NCBI GenBank assembly: GCA_951406725.2
Contig: OX597814.1
Coordinates: 71,734,001 to 71,798,000, forward strand
Source: Octopus vulgaris
Taxonomy: Eukaryota
Direction of reading: 5' to 3'
DNA: 64,000 bases
Positions within the stretch are counted from its first letter, which is position 1; every line of letters begins with the position of its first letter. The notes beneath the pieces are model-generated. The model had not been told where the DNA came from, made no database searches, and saw only the letters and a list, made by a program, of their open reading frames with translations. Both the position numbers and the translations under genes were made by a program. Positions 20,206 through 34,582 of this stretch are shown here, piece after piece.

Positions 20206-23200
20206 TGATTGATTGATTGATTCTAGTTTCAGCTCATGAGCTGTGGCCATGCTGGGGCACCGCCATTTGGTGTTGCTACTTGGTTTCACTTCATGGAGGC
20301 TTTCTAGCAACTGCTATTTGGTGCATGAGAGAGTTCGATGCAGCTGCCCTCATCTGCCCCTCCTGCCGTGAAGTTGGTTCATCTGGGACACCTGACAGGA
20401 AGAGATCCAGCTTCATTTTAAAGACATCTGTATCCACCCCATGCAGGTCTCTCAGGTTCTTCGGGAGGATATTGAAGAGCTGTGGGCCTCGGAAGCCCAG
20501 GCTATCACAGAATCTTGTCCTACATCTTGATGGCAGGTTTGGAGTCCTAGGCACCACGCAGTGGCGCCCAGTTCTGGCATTTGCGTAACTCTCGATGCCA
20601 AAGTTCAGGACACTTCCCTCCAGGATCTTCCAGATGTATATTATGGCATATCTTTCCCGCCTACGCTCCAGGGAATATAATTTTAATCTCTTGAGTCTTT
20701 CCCAGTAGCTTACATTCTGCATAGAGGCTATCTTCTTTGTGTAGCTTCGTTGGATCGCCTCAAGTTCTGTGATCAACTTGACACTGGATGGTGACCATAG
20801 CTGAGAGCAATAGTCAAAGTGGCTTAGGACAAGTGTCTTCCAGAGGACCATCATGGTTTCTTGTTCTCTTGTTCTAAAGGTTCTAAGAATCCATCCAGCC
20901 AGTCGTCTACATTTCATTGTCAGTTTAGCAACATGTACATGAAAGGTCGCGTCATCACTCATGTGAATACCCAGGTCACGCACTGATTGTGCCTCTGGGA
21001 TTGCAATCCCTCCGGGTCCAGTGTATTCATTGGGTATTGCATTCAGTTTTGCATGCTGATAGTATAAAGCTTGAAACTTTCCAGCATTGAACTGCATGCT
21101 ATTCTTTTCAGCCCACTTGTATATTTTGTCCAGCTCACATTGCAGGTGTTTAGTGTCCTCAGGGTTCTGTATTGCCTGTGAAACTTTTGTATCATCTGCA
21201 TAACTTGTGATCGTGGCTCTCTGCGTGGCTGAGGGCATGTCTGAGAGGGCCATTATGAACAGTAGTGGTCCCAGAACAGTGCCCTGCGGAACACCGCTCA
21301 CTATTTGTGTGTTAATGGAAGTGGCCCCATTGGCTACTACCACCTGACTTCTATCCTTCAGAAAGTCATGAAGCCATTCTCCCAGTTTTCCAACTATGTT
21401 GAGATCACGCAGTTTGTGACATATCATTCCATGATCGACTTTATCAAAGGCCTTTGCAAAGTCGAGATATATCACTTCCACATTTGAGTGGTTGAGCAGC
21501 CGTTTCAGCACCCAGTCATAGTGTTGTAGGAGCTGAGTTAAACAGCTTCTCCCTGGTCGGAAACCATGTTGGGTGTCGGGCAGCAAGTCATTCTCTTCAA
21601 GGAAGGTAGATCAGCTTCCTTCTGACTATTCGTTCCATGACCTTGCTGATGTGTGAGGTCAGAGAGATAGGTCTATAGTTCTTGGCTTCCGCTCTGCTAC
21701 CTCCTTTATGAATGGGGCATATTTTACCTTCCTTCAGTTTTCCTGGAAGTTTGCCAGCTGCAAGGAAGCTCTGAAAGAGGAACTGCAGTGGTCTTGCTAG
21801 GACTCTCTTACATGCTTTTAGGAGGATTGCCGGGAATCCATCGGGGCCAGTAGCTGAGTCTGTTTTCATTTCATCTATAGCCTTGGTTACATCGTCTTCC
21901 TTTATATCGATGTAATCTATCGTCGCCGCCTCTGATTTTATATCTGCAGTGGTAAAAAAGTCAGTTGGATTGGTGATTTGGAGATGCCCAAGGGGTGGAG
22001 TGAAAACACTCTTGAATTGCTCATTCAGTATTTCACTTACCCTCATTGGTTTTCCTGTAAGTGTGCCATCCTTTTCGAGGAGTGGCCCTATTCTACAGTG
22101 CACCGTAGCTGTTTCTTTGGCATACCTGTAGAAAGCTCTGGGGTTAGATTTTATGTTTTCTATAGCCCAGGCTTCTTTGTCTGCTCTTTCCTTTTCATGG
22201 GAGAGTTGCAGACATTTTTCGATTTCCAACAGTTTTATTTTTAGGCGGGACTTTTCACTGCTTTCAATCTGTTTGTTTAGGCGATTTGAAAATTTCGTAC
22301 GCCGTCTCATTAAAATTTTCCTCTCTCTGGGGATTTTGTTCTTGTGTACAGTGGACTTTCTCTCTGGGACACATTTGTAGCATATGGCTTGCATTACAGA
22401 CATGAATTGTTGAAGTTTCACGTCGATGTCTGGCGAGGAGAGACATTCAGGCCAGTTTTGTTTGAGGATCTCTTTCTCAATTTGTTTCCAGTTTGCCTTA
22501 TGGTAGTTCAAGCTGGAAAGATTTTGAGGGTTTCTTGTAGGCTGCATGTCCGTGCTCTCTTTTGGCCCGTACATGGTCAGCTCTACCATGTTGTGATCCG
22601 AGAGTAGTGTCGGTGTCACTTTCACATTATGGATGAGATCCATGTCATTTGTGAAGCAGAGATCCAGTGTGTTACCTGCCCTGGTTGGTTGGAGTATTAC
22701 CTGCTCCATGTACAGGGTGTTGATGAGGTTCAGGAGGGACCTCGCCTGTCCTCGTTCACATCTTGTCATTCCTGGGAGAGAAAGGCCCTCGGGCCATCTG
22801 ACATTGGGCAGATTGGAAGTCTCCCATAAGAAGCACACCTATGTGTTGTTCTAATGTGGTTAGAATTTCTTCTATTTTTATAAGGCAGTCTTCGAACTTG
22901 CCCACATGGCTTGCGGCATCTGGAGGGCGATATGTAGCACACACAACTACATCAAGTTGCGTAATATGTACAATTAGTGTGTCACACACCGAGTTTGAGT
23001 ATGACAAGAGGACCTGGGGTGTGAGGTCCTCACGGATGTACATAGCAACACCTCCATGACTCCTTTCTTTCCTGTCGGTCCGTAGTACAGCATACTGTGG
23101 TATGTGTAACTCCGCATCTGCTATATCCGGTTTCAGGTGCGTTTCCGTTAGTGCTATGCATAAGGCTTGATTGCATGCAACAAAATCTCTCAGGAACGGG

Positions 23201-23225
23201 ATTTTTGTCCTGTTACTGAGTGTTT
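20202..23225 (-). mobile_element. CR1-group LINE family A, copy A4 (5'-truncated; two 1-bp frameshifts near 21607 and 22815)
   Basis: ORF pieces 23043-22756, 22838-21597 and 21586-20291 are near-identical to A2; (TCAA)n tail. Confidence 0.95.
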
Positions 23226-23273
23226 ATATATAAATATATAAATATATATATATATTTATATATATATATATAT

Positions 23274-26200
23274 TCTGCTGGCATGGAGAAACAGGGGAAG
23301 GATGCAGGTTCGCTCATCCCAGGCCCTATGGAGGAAATTGCATCAAACCCACTCGACCAAAATGCCTTAACCAAAACCAGAACAAATCTGCCCCAGAAAT
23401 ATGCAGACATAGTGCGTAATGCCCCAACAAAGGAGAAGGCGCACATTTGCAGAGGAAATGCAGACGGCGGCAGCAGAACAAAAAAAAATTTTGTGGAAAT
23501 GGCAGAGAAAATTGTGGGACAACTGGCCTGGATACATCGTCTTCAGAGCCAGGGGCACTCACAACAGCACTCAAGACCACCACAATCAAGGGACCCAGGG
23601 TGGCCACCGCTGACGCCGGCCCAGGTGCCACACCGTCAGCCTTTATTGACACCCCGGGTGTCTCACCAGTGCTTCTGCTGAATGTCAGAGGTCTGGTGAA
23701 ACCCACTAATATGGGTAAAATTCCTTACCTTAGGGACTTGAGCACAAGCAACCATGCACTATGCATAGCGCTGACTGAAACGCACCTGTCAAGCAGTATA
23801 GCAGATGCAGAAATACACATACCGAAGTATACTGTTTTTCGGTCGGACAGGAAGGAAAGAACTCATGGTGGGGTTGCCCTGTACGTCCGTGAAGATGTCA
23901 CACCCATAGTACTGTTGACACACTCAAACTCAGTCTGTGACACACTGATAGTACACATGAAACAACCGAAAATAGTAATATGTGTCATATGACACCAGAC
24001 ACGCAAGTTTTTCATGGAGCAAGCAGTGCTTTGGCCAACAAGAGGTGAGAATGTCTTGGACCTCTGTTTCACAAGCAACCCGATGCTCATCCACAACATA
24101 ATGGTAACACCAACAATTCTCTCAGATCACAACTTAGTAGAGGTAATGATATATGGTATGAGAGAGTTAGTTGAGACGCAGCCATTAGAAAATACCACAG
24201 GCCTATCCAGTCTAAACTTCCATAAGGCAAACTGGAAGAAGATCAACGAAGAGATCCGAAAACATGACTGGAGTGACTTCATCACCACACAAGACACCAA
24301 CACACATTTCCAACATTTCATGACAACAATACAGAACATATGCCATAAGTTTGTCCCGGAGAAAAAAGCCAGCGGGCATAGGAACGTTATTCCCAGAGAC
24401 AGGAAAATACTTATGAGGCGAAGAGCTAAGCTCTCGAAGCAACTGAATGCACGGCAGAGATACAATGAGGGACTCCACCTGAAACTTTTGAAACGGAAAC
24501 TGCACTCAAACTTTCCTATGAGAAGGAGAGGGCAGAGAGAGAAGCCAGGGCCATAGAGAATATTAAAACAAACCCTAAAGCCTTCTTTAAATTTGCGAAA
24601 GAAACCACCTCGGTACACTGCAAGATTGGCCCACTCTTTGATAAAAAGGGCTCTCTAACTGAGGACCCCCAAGGGATAAGTGAAATACTAAAGGAACAGT
24701 ATAAAAGTGTGTTCACATCCCCTCTGGGGCACATGCAAATCACAAACCCAGAAGTTTTCTTTGATGCCACAACACTCCAAAACCAAACAACCATCGACCA
24801 CATAAACATAACAGAGAGGGATGTAATATCTGCCATAGAAGAAATGAGAATAAACTCAGCTGCTGGACCAGATGGATTCCCAGCAGTCCTCCTGAAAACA
24901 TGCAGGCATGCCCTAGCGGGACCACTGAAGGAGCTCTTCAGTGGTTCCTTGGCTAACGGTAAACTGCCCAGGGCGCTAAAAGAAGGCACCATATGCCCTA
25001 TCCACAAAGGAGGGAGTAGAGCAGAGGCCAAAAACTACAGGCCAGTCTCCCTGACATCACACATAAGTAAGGTCATGGAACGAATCATCAGAAAAAAACT
25101 GATCACGTTCCTCGAAGAAACTAACCGTCTCACTGCCACACAGCATGGCTTTCGCCCAGGAAGAAGCTGCCTTACGCAGCTGTTACAACACTACGACTGG
25201 GTACTGAAACAACTACTGGATCGCTCACAGGTGGATGTGGTATATCTCGACTTTGCGAAGGCCTTTGACAAAGTCGACCACGGAGTGATAGGTCACAAAT
25301 TACTCAGACTCGGCATAACAGGAAAAGTAGGTGAGTGGATACATGAATTCCTGAAGGACAGAAACCAGATGGTTGCAGCCAATGGAGCCCTCTCGGGAAA
25401 GACACCAATAGCAAGCGGGGTGCCACAGGGCACAGTCTTGGGACCCTTGCTGTTTTTGGTGGCGCTCTCTGACATGCCCTTGGTAGCACAAACAACATCC
25501 CTCACTAGCTATGCTGATGACACAAAGGTAGCACAGGCAATCAAAAACCCAGCTGATGCTGACCTTTTACAACAAGATCTGGATGCCATATACAAATGGG
25601 CTGAAGACAACAACATGCAATTTAATGCTGGTAAATTTCAAGCCTTACAATATCAAGCTGTAAACACATATACATTACAACACAACTATACTGGTCCAGG
25701 AGGGATCGAAATCCCAGTATCGAAATCAATACGGGACCTGGGGATAGACATGAGTGACGATGCATCTTTCTCTTCACTTACTTCACACATCGCGAAGGTG
25801 GCGACAATGTGCAGACGACTCACTGGCTGGATCCTGAGGACATTCCGGACAAGAGACTGCGAGACCATGTTGACACTATGGAGGACATTTGTCCTAAGCC
25901 GCCTGGACTACTGCTCCCAACTGTGGTCACCGCATAGTGTCAAACTAACCACAGAGCTTGAGACAATCCAAAGACATTTCACCAAGAGGATTTCCACCAT
26001 GAAAGAAAAGAACTATTGGGAGAGGCTTAGGGAACTCAATTTGTACTCCTTGGAACGAAGACGAGAGAGATATGCAGTGATATACATATGGAAAATCCTG
26101 GAGGGACTAGCACCAAATTTTGGAATTGAGAGCTGTTCCAATCCCCGTACAGGACGTCACTGTGTGGTGCCAAAGGTCCCGTCTTCCACATCCAGGGTAA

Positions 26201-26513
26201 GGAGCAGATACTGTAATAGCCTGGGGTTCAGGGGCCCTCAGCTGTTCAACAAACTGCCAAGAAAACTAAGAGATCTACATGATGCGGATGTGGACATTTT
26301 CAAAAAACATCTAGACAAGCTGCTTTCCGGGATCCCAGATGAACCCACTGCAAGGTATGAAGGTAACCTAAGGGCAGCAGCTACAAACTCTCTCCTAGAT
26401 CAGTGGCCAGCCACGGCAAACTGGACTTAGAGAGGGTAGCAACAAGGGCGGTGCCCCAGCATGGCCTCAGCCGGATGGCTGAAACAAGTAAAAGAGTAAA
26501 AGAGTAAAAGAGT
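23274..26513 (+). mobile_element. CR1-group LINE family B (partial ORF1, disrupted ORF2 with an internal APE deletion, (GTAAAAGA)n tail)
   Basis: ORF1 23283-23681; APE pieces 23447-23992 and 24014-24556; RT 24709-26430 (YADD); homologous to but diverged from family A. Confidence 0.92.
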
Positions 26514-26644
26514 ATATATCTATATCTATATATATATATATCTATATCTATATATATCTATATCTATATCTATATAAATATCTATATATATATCTATATC
26601 TATATAAATATCTATATATATATATATATATAATATCTATATAT

Positions 26645-26771
<127 letters not shown>

Positions 26772-26833
26772 TCTATCTATCTATCTATCTATATAAATAT
26801 CTACATATATATATATATATATCTATCTATCTA

Positions 26834-26878
<45 letters not shown>

Positions 26879-26933
26879 ATCTATATAAATATCTATATAT
26901 ATATATATATATATATATCTATCTATATAAATA

Positions 26934-26966
<33 letters not shown>

Positions 26967-27073
26967 ATCTATATAAATATCTATACATATCTATCTATCT
27001 ATCTATATAAATATCTATCTATCTATATATATATATCTATATATCTATATATATCTATATATCTATATATATA

Positions 27074-27122
<49 letters not shown>

Positions 27123-27150
27123 ATATATATATATATATAAATATCTTTCT

Positions 27151-27259
<109 letters not shown>

Positions 27260-27263
27260 TATA

Positions 27264-27376
<113 letters not shown>

Positions 27377-27399
27377 ATATATATATATATATATATATA

Positions 27400-27462
<63 letters not shown>

Positions 27463-27527
27463 ATATATATGTATATATATATATGTGTATATATATATAT
27501 ATATGTATATATATATGTGTATATATA

Positions 27528-27608
<81 letters not shown>

Positions 27609-27620
27609 ATATATATATAT

Positions 27621-28643
27621 AACGGGAAGCTTTATGAAAATAAACAAAAGACGAAGGCAGGTGGAAAACAAACGAACAATTGTATTAGTATGGCGCTCAG
27701 GAAATATAAATAAAACAAGTCTTTAACGTTTCGAGCCTACGCTCTTCAACAGAAAGATACACAGAGAGAGAAAAACACAGAAAGAAGGAGAGAAAAAAAT
27801 GCGTGCAGTAGCTAACGAATCAACATGGCGATCTGATTTCGGCCAGAGGTCAAAGATCAAACATGAGACGCGAGAGCGAAATAAGGGGAGATAATAGGGT
27901 TGATAAAAGGGTTGAGGGACCAGCTAAAAGTGCGTGGGAGGGGTCTGGATGTGTGTATGTATAGGGTTGGTGTATGTATTAGTATGTATATGGGGTGTGT
28001 GTGTGTGTGTGTGTATGAGAGAGTATTAGTGCGTAAGATTGGTCTGGACGTGCGTATGTATGGGGTTGGTGTATGTATTAGTATGTATTAGTATGTATTG
28101 GTATGTATAGGTGTGTGTGTGAGAGAGTATAAGTGCGTATGCGGGGTCTGGACGTGTGTATGTATAGGGTTGGTGTAAGTATTAGTATGTACTGGTATGT
28201 ATTAGTACGTATTAGTATGTATTAGTTGGTGTGTGTATTAGTATGGCACATCATATGTGATGTGATGTGTAAAGTCATGTGGTGTAGTGAGGAGAAGAGG
28301 GGGGGAGAAGAGGGGGAGGGGGAGAAGAGGGGGAGAGAAGGCGAGGGGGAGGAGAAGGGGGAAGAGGAGAGGATGGGGGAGAAGGAAGGGGAGGAGGGGG
28401 ATGAAGGAGGAAAGAGGGAGAGGGGGAGAGAGGGAGTGAGGGAGCAGAGGGAAGGGGAAGAGGGAGGGAGAAAGAGGGAAGAAGGGAAGGGGAGTAGGGG
28501 TGAGAGGATGAAGGACTGAAGAAGTAGGGGTCGGGGGGAGAGGGGGTTAGATGAGGAGGGGGGGGGGGAGTTGAGACCAAATGGCGTATAAGAGCGAAGA
28601 GAGAAGATTAATTCCTGTTCACGGCGCAAACGGGAATCCGGAT
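27621..28643 (-). mobile_element. 5'-truncated Penelope-like (Neptune-type) element: GIY-YIG C-terminus, pyrimidine-rich 3' UTR, pLTR
   Basis: [25 protein letters not shown] fits the R..RE..IF.L....P.GLN end motif; HHR-like motif near the end; flanked by TA. Confidence 0.82.
27720..27757 (-). ncRNA. Variant minimal hammerhead-like motif
   Basis: UCUUU-CUGUUGA-A-GAGC-GUAG-GCUC-GAAA-CG-UU-AAAGA: stems I and II, palindromic AACGUU stem III; A6 replaced by U. Confidence 0.55.
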
Positions 28644-28706
28644 GTATATATATATATGTGTATATATATATATATGTGTATATATATATATATGTGTATA
28701 TATATA

Positions 28707-28751
<45 letters not shown>

Positions 28752-28806
28752 ATATATGTATATATATGTATATATATATGTATATATATGTATATATATA
28801 TGTATG

Positions 28807-28838
<32 letters not shown>

Positions 28839-28902
28839 TATATGTGTATATATGTATGTATATATATATATGTATATATATATATGTATATATATATGTA
28901 TA

Positions 28903-28995
<93 letters not shown>

Positions 28996-29138
28996 GTATA
29001 TATATGTATATATATATGTATGTATATATATGTATATATATGTATGTATATATATATATATGTATGTATATATATGTATATATATGTATGTATATATATG
29101 TATATATATATATATATGTATATATATGTATATATATG

Positions 29139-29169
<31 letters not shown>

Positions 29170-29180
29170 GTATATATATG

Positions 29181-29211
<31 letters not shown>

Positions 29212-29252
29212 GTATATATATGTATATATATGTATATATATATGTATGTATA

Positions 29253-29393
<141 letters not shown>

Positions 29394-29532
29394 GTATATA
29401 TGTCGGTGGCACATAAAAACACCATATATATATGTGTCGGTGGCACATATATATATGTATATATATATATATATGGTTATATATATATATGTATATATAT
29501 ATATGTATATATATATATATGCTATATATATA

Positions 29533-29670
<138 letters not shown>

Positions 29671-29691
29671 ATATATATATGTGTATATATA

Positions 29692-29749
<58 letters not shown>

Positions 29750-29751
<2 letters not shown>

Positions 29752-30715
29752 CGGTGAAGCACGACCTTCGAACTTTAGGTCTCACCAAGGAAATGACCAG
29801 TGACCGAGACCTTTGGAAGTATGCTGTGCGTGAGAAAACCCGGCAAGACCAGTGAGAACAGTCAAAATCAAGATCAAACCAAATTGAGGTCGATCAACAT
29901 CAGGGCCCCCGTGCAGGTGACACGTAAAAGCACCATCCGTTCGTGGCCGTTTGCCAGCCCTGTCTGGCCCCCATGTCGGTGACATGTAAAAGCACCATCC
30001 GTTCGTGGCCATTTGCCAGCCCTGTCTGGCCCCCGTGCCGGTGACACGTAAAAGCACCATCCGTTCGTGGCCGTTTGCCAGCCCTGTCTGGCCCCCATGT
30101 TGGTGACATGTAAAAGCACCATCCGTTCGTGGCCGTTTGCCAGCCCTGTCTGGCCCCCATGTCGGTGACATGTAAAAGCACCATCCGTTTGTGTCCGTTG
30201 CAAGCCTCGCCTGGCCCCCGTGCCGGTGACACGTAAAAGCACCATCCGTTCGTGGCCGTTTGCCAGCCCTGTCTGGCCCCCGTGTCGGTGGCATGTAAAA
30301 GCACCATTCGTTCGTGTCCGTTGCCAGCCTCGCCTGGCCCCCGTTCCGGTGACACGTAAAAGCACCATCCGTTTTGTGGCCGTTTGCCAGCTCTGTCTGG
30401 CCCCCGTGTTGGTGGCACGTAAAAGCACCATCCGTTCGTGTCCGTTGCCAGCCTTGCCTGGCCCCGTGCCAGTGACACGTAAAAGCACCATCCGTTCGTG
30501 GCCGTTTGCCAGCTCTGTCTGGCACCTGTGCGGGTGGCACGTAAAAAGCACCCACTACACTCACGGAGTGGTTGGCGTTAGGAAGGGCATCCAGCCGTAG
30601 AAACACTGCCAGATCTGACTGGGCCTGATGAAGCCTTCCAGCTTCACAGACCCCAGTTGAACCGTCCAACCCATGCTAGCATGGAGAACGGACGCTAAAT
30701 GATGATGATGATGAT
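29750..30715 (+). mobile_element. RTE-clade LINE 3' end with expanded minisatellite and (GAT)n tail
   Basis: [21 protein letters not shown] matches the RTE C-terminus at 63525-63600; ends ggacgctaaatgatgatgatg. Confidence 0.85.
29915..30552 (+). repeat. ~62-bp GC-rich minisatellite, about 10 units
   Basis: Unit ggtgacacgtaaaagcaccatccgttcgtggccgtttgccagccctgtctggcccccgtgtc. Confidence 0.95.
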
Positions 30716-30794
30716 ATATATTTATATATATATATGTGCATATATATATATATATATATATATGTGCATATATATGTGCATATATATATATGTG

Positions 30795-30890
<96 letters not shown>

Positions 30891-30982
30891 TATATATCAA
30901 TAAATTTAAGACTGATGATAAAAGTTCTATTTCTTACAAAATATTTTGTTACTAACACCATGCAAATTATTTCTATCCTTTA

Positions 30983-32431
30983 CACCTTATGCAGAATTTA
31001 TTTCTCATTTGAATGATCCAGACAATAACTATTGTTATATAACTTGAAGAATTCTAATGCTAAATTAATATAAACATATCAAATTTACCGGCAAAATTAG
31101 TTTAAGACTATCATTATTATTTTATTTAAAGCTTAAAATTGTAGCAAAATTGAGCAACAAGAACGAAATACATATTAGTACTTTGTGCCGTAGCCTTTAT
31201 TCTTAATAACGGCTGAACAATGCCTCAGCATTGAATTCACTAAGTGATTATAAAATTCTATGGGAATGTTTTGCTATATTTCATTGATATAATTGAATAA
31301 TTGTTTTAGATTAGATGGTTTTTTTAGCATGGACTTTTTTGAAAACATAATTCCACAAGTTCTTGATCAGATTCAGGTCCAGGCTCAAGGGAGGCCATTC
31401 GATTACATCAATATTATGGTGATCAAAGAATTCCATAACCTTTTTGGCTTTGTGCACAGGACTATTGTCCTGCTGATAAATAGCCCCCAGAGGCATTTGG
31501 TGAGTCAAATATAGCACAACATTATCCTTTTGTAGATTCATATAACCTACACTATTTAGCTTTCCATCAACTTTAACTAGAGGGCCAACACCAAAGCTAC
31601 TAAATGCCGCCCACACCATGACACCCCGACCCCCCGCTGGTTTGTGAGAAATCACACATTTCGGATGGAATTCCATGGTTGGGCAATGTCTGACATATAT
31701 TTTACCATCTGATCCAAATATACAGAAGCGTGACTCATCACTCCAAAGGACCCTGCACCAATATTCGGCAGTTCATTGAGCATGACTTTTTACAAAATTA
31801 AGGTGTTTGAGTTGATTTCTTTCAGATATTATTGGCTTTTTCCTAGTGATTCATCAATATAGTCAAAATTCTCACAAACGGTTGTGGACGGTTTGTGGTG
31901 TAAAAATAACACTATTCTCATTGGACAATTGTTTAGAAATGTCAACGGCTGTCAGCATTTGGTTGCCTTCCGAAAGTCGGTGGATTCGATGGTCCAACTG
32001 CGCCATTGTTTTTCTTGGGGCGCCAGTCCTTTGCTGATCTTTATATTGACCAGTCTCTGAGTATAACTTCCACGCTTGCACACAAAGCTGTTTTACTGCA
32101 CTTTAGTTGCTTGCTGATGTTCGAAAAAGCAACTTTTTGCTGGTGGAGTAATACAATTTTTGCTCACATGACTAGACTGAGGTTATGCTGTTTTCCCATT
32201 ATTAATCAATTGTATAATAACGTTAAATTATAACACTATGTAGTGCAGTTAGGCTAGTTGTGCGACCACCCATTTTGGTAAAAAGATTAGCATACATATT
32301 ACATGGTCTTAAACTAATTTTGCCAGTAAATTCAAAATGTTTATATCAATTTAGCATTAGAATTCTTCAAGTTGTATAAAAATAGTTATTGTCTGCATCA
32401 TTCGAAGGAGAAATAAATTCTGCATAAGGTG
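30983..32431 (-). mobile_element. Tc1-like DNA transposon with ~125-bp TIRs and a decayed transposase
   Basis: TIR caccttatgcagaattta...ttagtttaagac mirrored at 32306-32431; GVMVWAAF, YQQDNSPVH, WPPLSLDLNLIKNLW. Confidence 0.9.
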
Positions 32432-32489
32432 CAGAATAGTTGGTATACCGTGAATTTTATTTTGAATTCTTTGTTTCAGTTCATCCAGT

Positions 32490-33580
32490 GTCCTTGACTA
32501 AACCATGTAGACCTGACTCTTAAGATAGCCCCACAAGAAAAGATCACAAATGGACAAATCTGGTGATCTTGAGGACCAGAGAATGTCACTGAATCTTGAG
32601 ATGACACAGTTACCGAACAAGTCTTGCACAACTGCCATTGATTGCTTTGTAGTGTGCAATGTTGCACCATCCTATTGTAGTGTGCAATGTCAAACCATTG
32701 TGAAGTTATGGAAAATTGTTCAATGCAGGTGCAACAAAAGATTGCAGCATCTCTACAAATCAATCCTGTGTGACAAAACTGCACACCATACTGTCACCTT
32801 GCTGCTGCAGGAAGGGTGTTCATGAAGTTCTTTGGGGTTGCTGTCTAACAAGTAAAGATAGTTCTGCTCGTTCACATAACCTGTGAGATGAAAATGAGCC
32901 TTATCTGACATCCACAGTTTGTCCAGAAATTTGTTGTTCTCATTTATATTTTCAATAATTTTTTGACAGAATTCTAATTGCAATTGGTGATCATTTTCCT
33001 TCAGTTCTTGCATGATATGCAGATGAAATTTTAAGTAAAAATTGAGAATCTGGCAAATACTTTCTCAGGACACCCTTACTGCAGCTGCTTGCTTATGAGC
33101 TGAACAATGTGTGCTCAGTAAGACTGAAACATGTGAACCTTCGATATTCTGTGGAGTATGAATACTTCTTGGTCATCCTGTCAGTTTCTATTAAAGAACC
33201 AATCCAGTCTTTTCAAAGTTTTTAATCCACATTTTTATTGCATATTTCAAGGGAACTTGACCATGATGCCCTAATTGAGATGACTCATGCTGTGCACCTT
33301 CCAAACTATCGTTGTTTTTGTAAGTATTTTTATGGTGAAAGCACACTGTTGACCATTCAACTGATTCAGGATTACTAAATTGCAAGGTTGTTTGGGCATG
33401 AAGCTCACTGTACTACAGTGCTGCCAAATGTACAGTACTACATGGTTGCCACTACATATTTCAAAAGTTGCTGTTTTATTTGTTTAACAGCTGTCGATCA
33501 ATTTTTTTTTTTGTTGGATTTGGATTTTCCCTATTTTTGTAGGGTTTTTCAAAAATTCCCATTTTGAGGGTCACCCTGTA
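32490..33580 (-). mobile_element. Decayed Tc1/mariner-superfamily transposon
   Basis: LWMSDKAHFHLTGYVNEQN..KVTVWCA; end TA-CAGGGTGACCC at ~33580. Confidence 0.75.
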
Positions 33581-33773
33581 CATACACAGGCATGCAAACA
33601 CACACACATATATTCTGTCCTCTCTCTGCCAATTGTAATTTTTGCTTTTCTGTTGCCTTCCTCCTATATACCCATGCTTCACTACTCACTACATTCTCCC
33701 CTTTCCCTCCATCCTCCTCCTGTTGCACTTCCATGAATTCCCTACTCACACTCTAAACAATCCTCTACCATTC

Positions 33774-34173
33774 TCTCTTTTACTCTTTACTCTTTTACTT
33801 GTTTCAGTTATTTGACTGTGGCCATGCTGGAGCACTGCCTTTAGTTGAGCAAATCAACTCCAGGACTTATTCTTTGTAAGCCTAGTACTTATTCTATCGG
33901 TCTCTTTTGCCAAACCGCTAAGTTACGGGGATGTAAACACACCAGCATTGGTTGTCAAGCGATGTTGGGTAGACTAACACACACACACACACACACATAT
34001 ACATATATACGACGGGCTTCTTTCAGTTTCCGTCTACCAAATCCACTCATAAGGCTTTGGTCAGCCCGAGGCTATAGTAGAAGACACTTGCCCAAGGTGC
34101 CACGCAGTGGGACTGAACCCGGAACCATGTGGTTGGTAAGCAAGCTACTTACCACACAGCCACTCCTGCGCCT
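33774..34173 (-). mobile_element. Full-length tRNA-derived CORE-type SINE with a LINE family B-like 3' tail
   Basis: A box TGGCTGTGTGG, B box GGTTCAGTCCC, CCTTGGGCAAGT core, (TG)n, tail ggcagtgctccagcatggccacagtc..actgaaacaagtaaaagagtaaagag. Confidence 0.85.
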
Positions 34174-34279
34174 ATTCTATTTATATATTCACATCCTTGT
34201 ACCTTGGGGGAATGCACCGGCACATTGCCATCATCTCTGTCACTCTCTCCCTCTGATTAGGGTAACCATGTAATCTCTT

Positions 34280-34582
34280 TTACAGCAAGACACCTATTTC
34301 TGTCCCTCTGTCATTCTCTAAACTCTCATCACTTGGCACAAAGCCACCTCCCACTTTCCTTCTCATTAAGGGATCTTTGTCTTGCAAGTTACTGATGCTT
34401 GTGCCATGTAAAAAGCACCCAATCCACTTTGTAGAGTGATAGGCATTAGGAAGGGTATCCAACCATAAAAACCATGTCAAAGCAGTTAATAGAGCTGGCA
34501 CAGTTTCTATCTTACCAGCTCCTGTCAAACCGTCCAACCCAAGCCTGCATGGAAGAGAGATATTAAATGATGATGATGATAT
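34280..34582 (+). mobile_element. RTE-related non-autonomous/SINE fragment
   Basis: gtaaaaagcaccc..ggcattaggaagggtatcca..tgatgatgatgat resembles 30540-30715. Confidence 0.7.

Noticed and set aside
28226-28580. E/G-rich and S/P-rich ORFs
   Set aside because: Purine/pyrimidine low-complexity UTR of the Penelope-like element
29915-30552. CRISPR-like array, and ORFs 29782-30669
   Set aside because: The 'spacers' are near-identical, there are no cas genes and the DNA is eukaryotic; it is a minisatellite in an RTE UTR
34090-34173. tRNA gene
   Set aside because: A/B boxes run into a CORE body and recur at 58750 and 60980; these are SINE heads
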